The notes beneath the pieces are model-generated. The model was not told where the DNA came from. It saw only the letters and a list, made by a program, of their open reading frames with translations, and did no database searches. The position numbers and the translations under genes were made by a program. From the NCBI GenBank assembly GCA_964022095.1, contig CAXHZO010000002.1:160001-224000 (forward strand): a stretch of DNA of 64,000 nt. Reading direction: 5' to 3'. The first letter of the stretch is position 1; the number at the start of each line of letters is the position of its first letter. This document shows, piece after piece, positions 36,729 through 46,853 of the stretch. The DNA comes from an uncultured Arcobacteraceae bacterium. GTDB taxonomy: Bacteria > Campylobacterota > Campylobacteria > Campylobacterales > Arcobacteraceae.

Positions 36729-38924
36729 TTGAAATTAAAAATTGCAAGTAGTGTGGCTATATTGTTGACTAGTCAAAGTTTATTAGGAAATGAAACATTG
36801 CTAGATGATGTTACGGTTACAACTGCATCAGGTTATGAACAAAAATTAGCAGATGCACCTGCTAGTATTTCTGTGATTTCTAAAGAGAATTTATCAAAAA
36901 AACCATATACAAATTTATTAGATGCTTTAAAAGATATAGAAGGTGTTGATATTGGTGAAACAAGAGATAAATCAGGGCAAGGAAGTATCAGTATTAGAGG
37001 TATGGGTGGTGATTATACTTTAATAATGATTGATGGTAAGAAACAAAACAATAATGGTGATATATATCCAAATAATTTTGGAGGATTCCAAAATGCAAAT
37101 TTACCACCTCTTGAAATGATAGAAAGAATTGAAGTTGTTAGAGGACCTATGTCTACACTTTATGGTGCAGATGCTATGGGTGGTGTTGTAAATATCATAA
37201 CTAAAAAAATTACTAGTGAATGGACAGGGGCTATAACACATGGTAAAACTTTTCAAAGTGATAGCCAGTTTGGAAATGATACAACTACAGATTTTGCTTT
37301 AATGGGGCCATTAGTAAAAGATAAATTAGGATTAAGTTTAAGGGGTAGTTATTATGATAAAGAGGCTTCAACTCCCATAACATCAAATGGTTCAACATTT
37401 GGAGGTGCTGGAAAGACTGTAGATAATCAAAATTGGAATTTTGGTACAAGTTTAACATTTACTCCCAATGAAAATCATACAATAAAAGCAGATTACGATA
37501 TTTCAAAACAAAAATATGACAACACGGGAAGTTCTGTAGGAACAGTTGATAGTTATGAGAATTTGTGGTATGAAAGAAGAGGTACTTATTCTCCAAGAGT
37601 TGGTTATGCAACGGTACAAAGAATGGAAAGAGAACAGTATTCAATTTCACATGAAGCACAGTGGGAAGTTGGAAAAAGTACTATTTCAGCACATTATATA
37701 AAAACAGGTAATTTAGGAAGAAGTTTACCTTTAAATGCTACACAAAGAGTATTTATGAATAGTTTATACTCTAACTATACAGATTTAGAAGACTTTAGAG
37801 CAAATGGAACTGCAGCAGAAATTGCTGAGTTTGAAGCACTTCTACCAAGACCAACTAGAACTTTAGAATCAAGAACTATGACTTATGATGCAAAGTATGA
37901 ATTACCATTAGAAGAACACTTTTTAGTAGTTGGAGCACAGTATGTTGATGCTGAATTAGAAGATGGAGTATTTGGTATGACAGATGCTGTACAAACTAAA
38001 TCAGGTGTAGTTCAAGATTATAAACAATGGGCTTTATTTGGAGAAGATACATGGGCTATTAGTGATAATTTATCATTTACAACAGGTCTTAGATATGATA
38101 ATCATGAATCTTTTGGAAGTAATTTAAGTCCAAGAGGGTATGCAATTTATAATTTAAATGACAATTGGACATTTAAAGGTGGTGTAGCAACAGGATATAA
38201 AACTCCAAAAACTACAGATTTATTTGATGGTGTTACTGGTTTTGGTGGGCAAGGAACTTCTCCATGGGTTGGTAATCCAAATTTAAATCCTGAAAAAAGT
38301 GTAAGTAGTGAAATAGCAGCTTACTACAGCCATGAATCTGGACATAATTTTAATATTACAATTTTTAATAATGATTTTGAAGATAAAATTGAAAGTGTTA
38401 CTTTAACTCAAAATCAATTACCTTCAGAGTGGGATGGAATAGCTACAAGTGCTAGACAAAAACAAAATGTTGGTGAAGCACAAATTAAAGGTATTGAATT
38501 AGCCGGTAAATATAAAATTACAAAAGATGTAACTTTTAAAGCAAACTATACATACACAGATTCACAAAGAGAAGATACAGGTAATCCATTGTCTTCAACT
38601 GCAAAACATTTATATAATGTTACTTTAGATTGGCAAATAAATAAAAAGTGGAACACATATATTAATATGAATGCAGAAAAAGATAGATGGAGAGGAGTTG
38701 AAGGTTTAGATTACTATGAAGATTATCAAGTATTTAATTTAGGTTCTTCATATAAAGTATCAAATGATGTTACTTTAAATGGAAGAGTAAATAATTTATT
38801 TGATAAAGATTTTAGTGGAACAACTGATTATACAGATGCCAATGGTGATGCTGCAACAGCATATAGTTATAACTTAGCCCAAAAAAGAAGAGAGTTTTGG
38901 ATAAGTATGAATGTTAAATTCTAA
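36729..38924 (+). CDS. TonB-dependent receptor (CirA/IrgA/CfrA-like)
   Basis: TASGYEQKLADAPASISVI, IERIEVVRGPMSTLYGADAMGGVVNIITKK; TTG start after AAGGA. Confidence 0.9.
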   Translation: MKLKIASSVAILLTSQSLLGNETLLDDVTVTTASGYEQKLADAPASISVISKENLSKKPYTNLLDALKDIEGVDIGETRDKSGQGSISIRGMGGDYTLIMIDGKKQNNNGDIYPNNFGGFQNANLPPLEMIERIEVVRGPMSTLYGADAMGGVVNIITKKITSEWTGAITHGKTFQSDSQFGNDTTTDFALMGPLVKDKLGLSLRGSYYDKEASTPITSNGSTFGGAGKTVDNQNWNFGTSLTFTPNENHTIKADYDISKQKYDNTGSSVGTVDSYENLWYERRGTYSPRVGYATVQRMEREQYSISHEAQWEVGKSTISAHYIKTGNLGRSLPLNATQRVFMNSLYSNYTDLEDFRANGTAAEIAEFEALLPRPTRTLESRTMTYDAKYELPLEEHFLVVGAQYVDAELEDGVFGMTDAVQTKSGVVQDYKQWALFGEDTWAISDNLSFTTGLRYDNHESFGSNLSPRGYAIYNLNDNWTFKGGVATGYKTPKTTDLFDGVTGFGGQGTSPWVGNPNLNPEKSVSSEIAAYYSHESGHNFNITIFNNDFEDKIESVTLTQNQLPSEWDGIATSARQKQNVGEAQIKGIELAGKYKITKDVTFKANYTYTDSQREDTGNPLSSTAKHLYNVTLDWQINKKWNTYINMNAEKDRWRGVEGLDYYEDYQVFNLGSSYKVSNDVTLNGRVNNLFDKDFSGTTDYTDANGDAATAYSYNLAQKRREFWISMNVKF

Positions 38925-38930
38925 TTAAAT

Positions 38931-39461
38931 TTATAATAGTGATTGAATAAAGCTTTTTATAGTTTTATCATCACTATAAAACTCGTAAAACTCTTCAATG
39001 CTATTAAAACTATTTATTGGCAGTTCATTATCTTTTTTTTCTAAGACTTCTTGTTCATTATTGTTATTGATTTTTTTTAAGTAAGTTTTTGTTTCAAAGT
39101 ATGCATTAGTAATAATCTCTATACAATCTTTATGTTCAAGTTTTGCTAATAGTTTTATTTCTTTTTGTTTTGCTTTTTTCTTATTGATTTTATCTTGAAA
39201 CTCTAAAATATTTAAATCAATTTCTTCACATTTTCTTTTAGTATATTTACTATCAAAAACTTCAATTTGAAATAAACCTTTTACTATTAAGAATTTTTTT
39301 AAAATATAAGTGTCTTTACCTATTATGATTTCTATTTCAAGGTTTGCTACACTATCTTCAAATCCCATCGCTTTGTATGCATTAGCATTATCATATTTAC
39401 CACCTAATTTAAACTTTTTGCAGTTTGGTATTAAGTTGAAACCAATATTTTGTATTTTCAT
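38931..39461 (-). CDS. Hypothetical protein
   Basis: 176-aa ORF with AAGGA RBS; no recognised motif. Confidence 0.6.
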   Translation of the reverse strand: MKIQNIGFNLIPNCKKFKLGGKYDNANAYKAMGFEDSVANLEIEIIIGKDTYILKKFLIVKGLFQIEVFDSKYTKRKCEEIDLNILEFQDKINKKKAKQKEIKLLAKLEHKDCIEIITNAYFETKTYLKKINNNNEQEVLEKKDNELPINSFNSIEEFYEFYSDDKTIKSFIQSLL

Positions 39462-39589
39462 TTAATCCTTTCTTTTGTTTTAAAAACGAAAGTATAATTG
39501 ATAAATATTACAAATTGGAAACGAAGTAAGTAAGTGTAAGTTTATGTATTAAAAAAGATTATGCAGGAGTATTTTTTAAAATGAAGTGC

Positions 39590-39613
39590 CAAATAGTTAA
39601 ATTTAACTATTTG
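39590..39613 (-). terminator. Palindromic hairpin downstream of csp
   Basis: CAAATAGTTAAA/TTTAACTATTTG. Confidence 0.6.
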
Positions 39614-39626
39614 ACTTTAGTGATAA

Positions 39627-39845
39627 CTATAAAGTTTCTACACCTTTAGCTTGCTCACCTTTAAGACCTTCACCGATTTCGAATGAAACTTTTTGACCAT
39701 CTTCTAAAGAAACTCTACCGAAACCTTCTTTTTTGATTTCACTGTGATGTACAAAAATATCTTTGCTACCATCGTCTAATTGAATAAATCCAAAACCTTT
39801 TTCACTGTCGAACCATTTAATAGTTCCATTAATTCTATCTGCCAT
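39627..39845 (-). CDS. Cold-shock protein
   Basis: [22 protein letters not shown]. Confidence 0.95.
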   Translation of the reverse strand: MADRINGTIKWFDSEKGFGFIQLDDGSKDIFVHHSEIKKEGFGRVSLEDGQKVSFEIGEGLKGEQAKGVETL

Positions 39846-40041
39846 AGAGTTTCCTTTGTTTGTTAAGCACTTCTTATATTGAAGTTTTGTATAAAGTCTA
39901 ATTAAGTCTTATCTTTTTGAAAGTTTTATATCAACCTGAAAGTTTTAATAAAAAGCATGTAAAATGAAAGCATGAAATTTTCTTTAAGTGCAAAATTGTA
40001 TCATAAAAAATCAATTTACACAAATAAGTTTTTTTAGATAT

Positions 40042-40071
40042 AAAAAAAGGCCTATCAAAAGATAGACCTTT
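40042..40071 (-). terminator. Intrinsic terminator of hup
   Basis: Minus strand AAAGGTCTATC-tttt-GATAGGCC followed by T7. Confidence 0.8.
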
Positions 40072-40093
40072 AAAGTTTTTTAAAGTAAAAAAA

Positions 40094-40369
40094 TTACTTA
40101 GCTACAGCTTCTTTTAAAGCTTTTCCAACTTTGAATTTAGCAACAGTAGTTGCAGGTACGTTAACAGTTTTATCAGTTCCTGGAACTTTTGCAGTTCTAG
40201 CAGCTCTATCAGCAGTTGTAAATGTACCAAATCCGATGAAACTTACAGATTCTCTTTTTACTAAAGTATCAGTAATAGTATCTAATACTGCATCAACAGC
40301 ACCTTTTGCATCTTTCTTCGATAATCCAGCCTTTGCAGCTACTGCGTCAATAAATTCAGCTTTGTTCAT
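40094..40369 (-). CDS. hup: DNA-binding protein HU
   Basis: MNKAEFIDAVA, GFGTF, KFKVGKALKEAV. Confidence 0.95.
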   Translation of the reverse strand: MNKAEFIDAVAAKAGLSKKDAKGAVDAVLDTITDTLVKRESVSFIGFGTFTTADRAARTAKVPGTDKTVNVPATTVAKFKVGKALKEAVAK

Positions 40370-40488
40370 TAAGAACTCCTTATGTAAAATTAAATTTATA
40401 AACTTTATAGTATTTAACCTTTAGAATAGCTAAAACTTGGGGCTTTATGCAAAAAAATAATTAAAAATATAATAAAATTTATGATTTT

Positions 40489-41067
40489 TTAGTCATAAGA
40501 AGCTTTTATACTTAATAATCTACAAGAATTCTCTAATATTGCGATTTTTTTCACAAGCTCATTTATGTCTCTATCGTAGACATAAGTTCCTACACCTTTT
40601 ACTATCATCACATTATTTTGAGATTCTTTTAAATATTTTGTAACTTCAAGAGCATTTCTTTGATACCAGCTAGAAAATTCACCTGGATCATACACTTTTA
40701 AACTTCCAAATGTTGTTTTTCCAAAGAAATCTTCAAACTCAATATAATCATGTTCAAATGTATAAGCAGTAGTATATATTGGCATACCAAAAGCTATATA
40801 TTTAGCTTCATGAATATTTGAGTAAATAGTTTGATGAATATGTGATTCGATACTTGCCATATTCCATCTATAATCTTTTTTATTCATATTAAGTGCACAA
40901 AAAGACTTTTCTCCCATTTCATCAAAAATTGCATCTGATGTATTTATCAAAAAATGGTTTTGGTCTAATTTTGCAGAAATTGCACCATGGTAGATACCAA
41001 AAAAGTTTTTTCTAAACATTGTTAGAGATAGTTTTGTTAATAGTTCTACTGTAGCTTTATCAATCAT
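40489..41067 (-). CDS. Class II aldolase/adducin-domain protein
   Basis: GIYHGAISAK, ASIESHIHQTIY. Confidence 0.75.
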   Translation of the reverse strand: MIDKATVELLTKLSLTMFRKNFFGIYHGAISAKLDQNHFLINTSDAIFDEMGEKSFCALNMNKKDYRWNMASIESHIHQTIYSNIHEAKYIAFGMPIYTTAYTFEHDYIEFEDFFGKTTFGSLKVYDPGEFSSWYQRNALEVTKYLKESQNNVMIVKGVGTYVYDRDINELVKKIAILENSCRLLSIKASYD

Positions 41068-41127
41068 TTTAAAAGCCTTAAATCTTATTTTTGGTATTAT
41101 ATATTAATTTTTATAAGGACTATTTTA

Positions 41128-42030
41128 ATGGACATACCTCATATACCAGTATTGTACAAAGAGACACTACAAGCTTTTGAAGATATCAATAGTGGTTATA
41201 TCATTGATTGTACCACAGGTTTTGGTGGACACAGTAATGGAATACTAGAACAAAATGACAATATTAAGTTAATTTGTAATGATCAAGATGATGAAGCTTT
41301 AACTTTTTCTAAAAAAAGATTACAAGAGTACTCTTCTAGAATTACTTTTAATAAGGGTAATTTTGAAACGGTACTAGATACTTTCAAAGATTTTGATGTA
41401 AAAGGTGTCTTAGCTGATATTGGAGTATCTTCTTTACAACTTGATAAGCAAGAGCGTGGTTTTGGTTTTGAAAGTGAAATTTTAGATATGAGAATGAATC
41501 AAGAGAATCCTTTAGATGCCTCAATAGTTGTTAACACATATTCTCAAAATGATCTAGAAAGAGTTTTCAAAGAGTATGGAGAAGTAAGGGAATATAAAAA
41601 ACTTGCTTCAATTATAGTTAATAATAGACCTTTTAGTAGTGCAAAAGAGTTATCTGAATTTATTTCTAAAAATATGTCAAAGGGAAAAATACACCCAGCT
41701 ACTTTACCTTTTCAAGGAATTAGAATTGAAGTAAATGATGAGCTTGGAGTTTTAGAAAGACTTTTTGATTCATTAGAAAAAGCAAAATTAAAAGATTGCG
41801 TTGTTGCAATTATCTCTTTTCATTCGCTAGAAGACAGAATAGTAAAAAACTATTTTAAAAAATGGACAAAATCTTGTATCTGTCCAAAAGAAGTATTTAG
41901 ATGTGAGTGTGGGAATAATCACTCATTAGGTAAGATTATTACAAAAAAACCTATTATCCCAACAAAAGAAGAGATTAAGGTGAATCCAAGAAGTAGAAGC
42001 TCAAAATTAAGGATATTTAAATTTGATTAA
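41128..42030 (+). CDS. rsmH: 16S rRNA m4C1402 methyltransferase
   Basis: HIPVL, DCTTGFGGHS, DIGVSSLQLD, LDMRM, ISFHSLEDRIVK, NPRSRS. Confidence 0.96.
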   Translation: MDIPHIPVLYKETLQAFEDINSGYIIDCTTGFGGHSNGILEQNDNIKLICNDQDDEALTFSKKRLQEYSSRITFNKGNFETVLDTFKDFDVKGVLADIGVSSLQLDKQERGFGFESEILDMRMNQENPLDASIVVNTYSQNDLERVFKEYGEVREYKKLASIIVNNRPFSSAKELSEFISKNMSKGKIHPATLPFQGIRIEVNDELGVLERLFDSLEKAKLKDCVVAIISFHSLEDRIVKNYFKKWTKSCICPKEVFRCECGNNHSLGKIITKKPIIPTKEEIKVNPRSRSSKLRIFKFD

Positions 42031-42277
42031 AATTAATGCTCGAAATTCATTATTTATAGTATTAACTATTTTCATATTTGGCTTAGCCTTATTTATACCA
42101 AAAATATATCTAAGAAGTAATATTTATTATGTAAGTAAAGATATTAACAAACTTTATGCGCACTATATATCATTACAAGAAGAGAATAAGTTTTTGGTAC
42201 AACAATTAGAAGATATGAAATTTAAGAATCAAATTATAGATTCACTTCTTTTTAATCCTTTAAATCAGGAAAAATAA
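42023..42277 (+). CDS. FtsL-like bitopic cell-division protein
   Basis: TM helix plus coiled coil directly after rsmH. Confidence 0.6.
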   Translation: MIKINARNSLFIVLTIFIFGLALFIPKIYLRSNIYYVSKDINKLYAHYISLQEENKFLVQQLEDMKFKNQIIDSLLFNPLNQEK

Positions 42278-45200
42278 ATGATAAAACCAATTATAGAGTT
42301 TTCTTTACGAAAACCAATTCTAAATCATTTTATATTAATCTTCGTTTTTTTATTAGCAATATTTGCATACTTTAAAATTCCAAAAGAGATATTTCCCCCA
42401 TCATCTTTAGATGCAGTTTCTATAAATGGTTTTTATACTGGTGCTAGTTCAGAGTTACTTGATAAAATAGCAGTTGCTGATATAGAAGATGAACTTCTAG
42501 GTCTTAGCAGTATTGATACAATCTCTTCAACTATTAAAAATGGTAGTTTTTCAATTAGAGCAGATTTAAAAGATGGTTACGAATCAAATATTGTTGTTGA
42601 TGATGTAAAAGATGTTGTTACAAAAATCAAATCAAATTTACCTAGTGATATGGATGAACCTACTGTAAAAGCAATAGAACATGCTTTTCCTTTAATAAAT
42701 GTTTCTGTTAGTTCGAAACAAAAAGAATCAAAAGAGTATTTAATTCAAATTGCAGATGAAGTGAAATCTAGGGTAATGCAACTAAAAGATTTATCTCAAG
42801 TATCTGTTTTTGGAAAAAGTGATAAAGAGCTATTAGTAAGTTTTAATGATGAAAAAATAGATGCCTATGGCCTTAGTAAGTTATCAGTGATAAATGCTGT
42901 ATCTTCAATTAGTACAATTTTCCCAATTGGTATGATTAAAGATAGTTCTAGGCACTATTACTTATCAACTTTCAATGGTGAAAAAAATATAGAAAACATT
43001 AGAAATACAAAACTTAGAATAAATAATACAAGTTTGTATTTAAAAGACATTGCAGATGTCAGATTTACCTTAGGTGATGTTGCTAATATCTCTCATTTTA
43101 ATGGCAAAACAAATATTTCTGTAGGTATTAATAAAGGTGAGAATGGAGATTCAATAGCTTTAGTAAAAGAGATAAAACAAATTACTAAAGAGTTTGCAGC
43201 TAAATATGAAAATTTAGAGTTTAATACTTATATTGATACTTCTGTATGGATTAAAAATAGATTAAATACTGTAACTTCAAATATTATATTTGGACTTATT
43301 TTACTTTTTATTGCTTTGTTTTTCTTTATAAATATTAGAATCGCAATTGTAATCGCAATTGGTATTCCAACATCATTTATGATAGGACTAATTGGTGCTG
43401 ATTATTTAGGATATAGTTTAAATATGCTTTCACTTCTTGGGGCTTTAATTGCCCTTGGAATGTTAGTTGATGAAGCCATTGTTGTGGGTGAAAATATCTA
43501 TAGGCATTTAGAAATGGGTAAAGATAGATTCACAGCAGCAAGGGATGGTGCCCTTGAAATGTATCCAGCAGTTTTAACAGCAACTGCAACAACAATTTTT
43601 GCATTTTTACCAATCTTAATGATGACTGGTGAAGTAGGGAAGTTTATGCAAATACTTCCAGTTATGATTACAATTTTACTTTTAAGTTCACTTGTTGAAG
43701 CATTTTTCTTTTTACCACTTCATGCACAAGAGATTTTAAAAGTAAGTAAAGATGAAAGAAAATCTCATAAGGTTTGGGATTTTAACTTTAGACTTTATGG
43801 CAATATTTTATCTTTTTTATTAAAAGGTAAGTATATTTCAATCGCTGCTATGATTGCTATTATTTTTGGACTTTCATATATTATTATGACTACACAAAAA
43901 TTCAAGTTTATGCCTTCTTTTGACTCTACTCAAATTTATATTACAGGTTCTGTAGGAGTTGGGAAAAAAATTGAACAAACTGAACAAATGGTATTTGATA
44001 TAGAAAACAAGATATTAAGTGCAGTTAATTTAGAAAATGTAGTTGATTCAATTAGTTCTGTTACAGGAATGAAACTTGATGGTAAAAACCAACCACACAA
44101 TGAAGAGTTTTATTTTCAAATATTTATTAATCTTTATGAAAGAGCACCTACTAATGTTTTTGAAGAGTATATAAATCCATATTTATCTCCAAAATATGAT
44201 GATACAAATATGATTAGAACTATTAGTGCCCAAGAAATGGAAGAGAAGTTAAAACAGATATTAAAAGATGAAGTTGCTTCAGGTGATTTTGAAGAGTTAA
44301 AGATATTTGTACCACAAGCAGGAATTATAAAAAATGATGTTGAAATTGCAATTAGTGGAGATAATAAGGAAAACGTAGCTAATGCTGTAAAAAAATTAAA
44401 GCAAAGCTTAGGAAGTATTAATGGCGTTTCAAATATTGCTGATGATTCTTTAATTGGAAATTATGAACTTAAATTTAAAGTAAACTCTTATGGGAATGAT
44501 CTAGGAATAACAGAAGAGAGTGTTTTAAATCAATTAAGACCTTTTTACTTAAAAGGAACATACTCAAAAATGTTTGATGAAAAAGGTATTGTTGATGTTG
44601 TTTTTGAAAGTAGACAAAAAGATATTTTAAGTAGTTTAGACAGTTTTGAAATAGTTACAAATGCTAATCAAAAAGTACTTTTAAAAGATGTAGTACAGTT
44701 TGTTAAGATTCCAGCATATTCTCAAATATTTAAAGAAAACAATCAACAAATTATTAGTGTAACAGCATCACTTAATAAAGTTACATCTACAGAAGTTTTT
44801 GAAAAAATTAATCCTGTAATACAAGAGCTTAGACAAAAAGTTACTCTACAGATTAAAGGTGAGCAAGAAGAGAATGAAAAAGTACAAAAAGAGATGGCCC
44901 AAGCTGCACTTATAGCTATTGTTCTAATCTTTATGTCTTTAGTTTGGATGTTTGATTCTATTGTTAAACCACTTATTATTATAAGTACGATTCCTTTATC
45001 AATATTAGGTGTATTAATAGGACATGTAATTATGGGGATAAATGTTTCAATGCCTAGTTTAATTGGAATGGTTGGACTTGCAGGTGTTATTGTAAATGAT
45101 GGAATTATTATGATGGATTTCATTAAAAAAGCAAAAGATTTAGACGATATGATTAAACTTGCTAAAATGAGATTAAGACCTATTTTACTCACATCTGTTA

Positions 45201-45364
45201 CAACGGTATTAGGATTAGCTAGTTTAATCTTCTTTGCTTCAGGACAAGCATTGATTTTACAACCAATGGCTATCTCTCTTGGATTTGGTATTTTATGGGC
45301 TACAGTTTTAAATTTATATTTTGTACCTATGATTTATAGAGTTATTTATTTAAGAAATAAATAG
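42278..45364 (+). CDS. RND permease (AcrB/AcrD/AcrF family)
   Basis: GMLVDEAIVVGENI, RLRPILLTSVTT, 1028 aa. Confidence 0.92.
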   Translation: MIKPIIEFSLRKPILNHFILIFVFLLAIFAYFKIPKEIFPPSSLDAVSINGFYTGASSELLDKIAVADIEDELLGLSSIDTISSTIKNGSFSIRADLKDGYESNIVVDDVKDVVTKIKSNLPSDMDEPTVKAIEHAFPLINVSVSSKQKESKEYLIQIADEVKSRVMQLKDLSQVSVFGKSDKELLVSFNDEKIDAYGLSKLSVINAVSSISTIFPIGMIKDSSRHYYLSTFNGEKNIENIRNTKLRINNTSLYLKDIADVRFTLGDVANISHFNGKTNISVGINKGENGDSIALVKEIKQITKEFAAKYENLEFNTYIDTSVWIKNRLNTVTSNIIFGLILLFIALFFFINIRIAIVIAIGIPTSFMIGLIGADYLGYSLNMLSLLGALIALGMLVDEAIVVGENIYRHLEMGKDRFTAARDGALEMYPAVLTATATTIFAFLPILMMTGEVGKFMQILPVMITILLLSSLVEAFFFLPLHAQEILKVSKDERKSHKVWDFNFRLYGNILSFLLKGKYISIAAMIAIIFGLSYIIMTTQKFKFMPSFDSTQIYITGSVGVGKKIEQTEQMVFDIENKILSAVNLENVVDSISSVTGMKLDGKNQPHNEEFYFQIFINLYERAPTNVFEEYINPYLSPKYDDTNMIRTISAQEMEEKLKQILKDEVASGDFEELKIFVPQAGIIKNDVEIAISGDNKENVANAVKKLKQSLGSINGVSNIADDSLIGNYELKFKVNSYGNDLGITEESVLNQLRPFYLKGTYSKMFDEKGIVDVVFESRQKDILSSLDSFEIVTNANQKVLLKDVVQFVKIPAYSQIFKENNQQIISVTASLNKVTSTEVFEKINPVIQELRQKVTLQIKGEQEENEKVQKEMAQAALIAIVLIFMSLVWMFDSIVKPLIIISTIPLSILGVLIGHVIMGINVSMPSLIGMVGLAGVIVNDGIIMMDFIKKAKDLDDMIKLAKMRLRPILLTSVTTVLGLASLIFFASGQALILQPMAISLGFGILWATVLNLYFVPMIYRVIYLRNK

Positions 45365-45366
45365 CT

Positions 45367-46788
45367 CTATAGTTTTGAAGCATTTTTAACAATACTTTTT
45401 ACCATATTATTAAAAACTAAATAGTGAATTGGTATTAATCCATACCAATATAATCTACCTAATAAACCTTTTGGATAAAAGTATGCAGATTGAATTAATT
45501 TATTATTCTCTATTTTAAACTCTAACCAAGCACTTCCTGGTACTTTCATTTGAGCAAAAAGTAAAAGTCTTTCATTCTCTTTAATATCAACTACTCTCCA
45601 AAAATCTAAACTCTCACCAATTCTAAGTTCATTTTGATTTCTTCTTCCTCTTTTTAATCCTACTCCTCCAATTATCTTATCAATGAAACCTCTAATTTCC
45701 CAAAGAAAATCATAATCGAACCAACCTTTATCTCCTCCAATACTCATAAAGCTTTTATAAACTTTTTCTTTTGAGATATTTGAAATATCAAGCTCTTTTC
45801 TATCAAAAAATATTGCACTGTTAATCTCTTTTGAGTGATCTTTATCCCAAATAATACCGCTATTATCACTCCATCTACTTATCACTTGATTTTGTTCTAT
45901 TTGTTTGATAGCTTTTTTTACACTATCATAAAATGATATTGGTTTTATTTGAGGAAAATATTTTTTGGCATTGTCATTTTGTATTATTACTTCAGATTTT
46001 AAACCTTCAATTAATGCTTTTGCAACTGTAAAAGGTACTGGCGTAAATAGATTTAGCCAATAAGATGAAAGGTTTATTGATAAAAAGGGTAGGGGTATTA
46101 AAACTCTTTTTAAATCTAATGCCTTAGCAGTTTGAAGCATCATTTCTTTATATCTTAACTGTTCACTTCCTATATCAACTATAAGATTTTCATCATATTT
46201 CAAATATAAGCTTTGTACCAAATATTGAATAACATCATCAACTCCAATTGGTTGAGCTTTTGTATTTACCCATTTAGGTGTAGTCATAATAGGAAGTTTT
46301 TCAGTTAAGTGTCTAATAATTTCAAAGCTAGTACTTCCAGAACCAATAATAACACCAGCTCTTAAATATACTGTTTGAACGCTTTGAGAAGAAGATAGGA
46401 TCTCACCAGTTTCAATTCTACTTAGAAGGTGCTCACTAGTATTTTCATCTTTAATACCAAGTCCACCTAGATATATAACTCTTTTTACCCCACATTGCTC
46501 TGCAACTTTTATAAAGTTTTCAGCTGAAATTTTGTCTAGATTTTTATAGTCATTACTATTTAGTGAGTGAATTAGATAGTATGCTGTATCAACTCCTGTT
46601 AGTGCAGCTTTTAAACTATCTATATCAAAAGTATTACCCTCAAATATTTCTATATCTGCGTTTTTAGTTGAAGATAATGTTTTTTTGTTTCTTACAAAAA
46701 GTCTTAGTTGTATATCTTTTTTTTCTAGAAGCTTTTGCTTAAGTCTTCTTCCAATGTATCCATTTGAACCTGTTAATAATACTTTCAT
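45367..46788 (-). CDS. NAD(P)-binding SDR with DUF2867-like C-terminus (YbjT-like)
   Basis: TGSNGYIG, AYYLIHS, HLLSR, LDFWRV, GRLYWY. Confidence 0.85.
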   Translation of the reverse strand: MKVLLTGSNGYIGRRLKQKLLEKKDIQLRLFVRNKKTLSSTKNADIEIFEGNTFDIDSLKAALTGVDTAYYLIHSLNSNDYKNLDKISAENFIKVAEQCGVKRVIYLGGLGIKDENTSEHLLSRIETGEILSSSQSVQTVYLRAGVIIGSGSTSFEIIRHLTEKLPIMTTPKWVNTKAQPIGVDDVIQYLVQSLYLKYDENLIVDIGSEQLRYKEMMLQTAKALDLKRVLIPLPFLSINLSSYWLNLFTPVPFTVAKALIEGLKSEVIIQNDNAKKYFPQIKPISFYDSVKKAIKQIEQNQVISRWSDNSGIIWDKDHSKEINSAIFFDRKELDISNISKEKVYKSFMSIGGDKGWFDYDFLWEIRGFIDKIIGGVGLKRGRRNQNELRIGESLDFWRVVDIKENERLLLFAQMKVPGSAWLEFKIENNKLIQSAYFYPKGLLGRLYWYGLIPIHYLVFNNMVKSIVKNASKL

Positions 46789-46853
46789 AATAGACTCTTT
46801 TTTTATTTATTTTAGCATATTAATAAGTTCATATATACATACAGAATTCCTTT

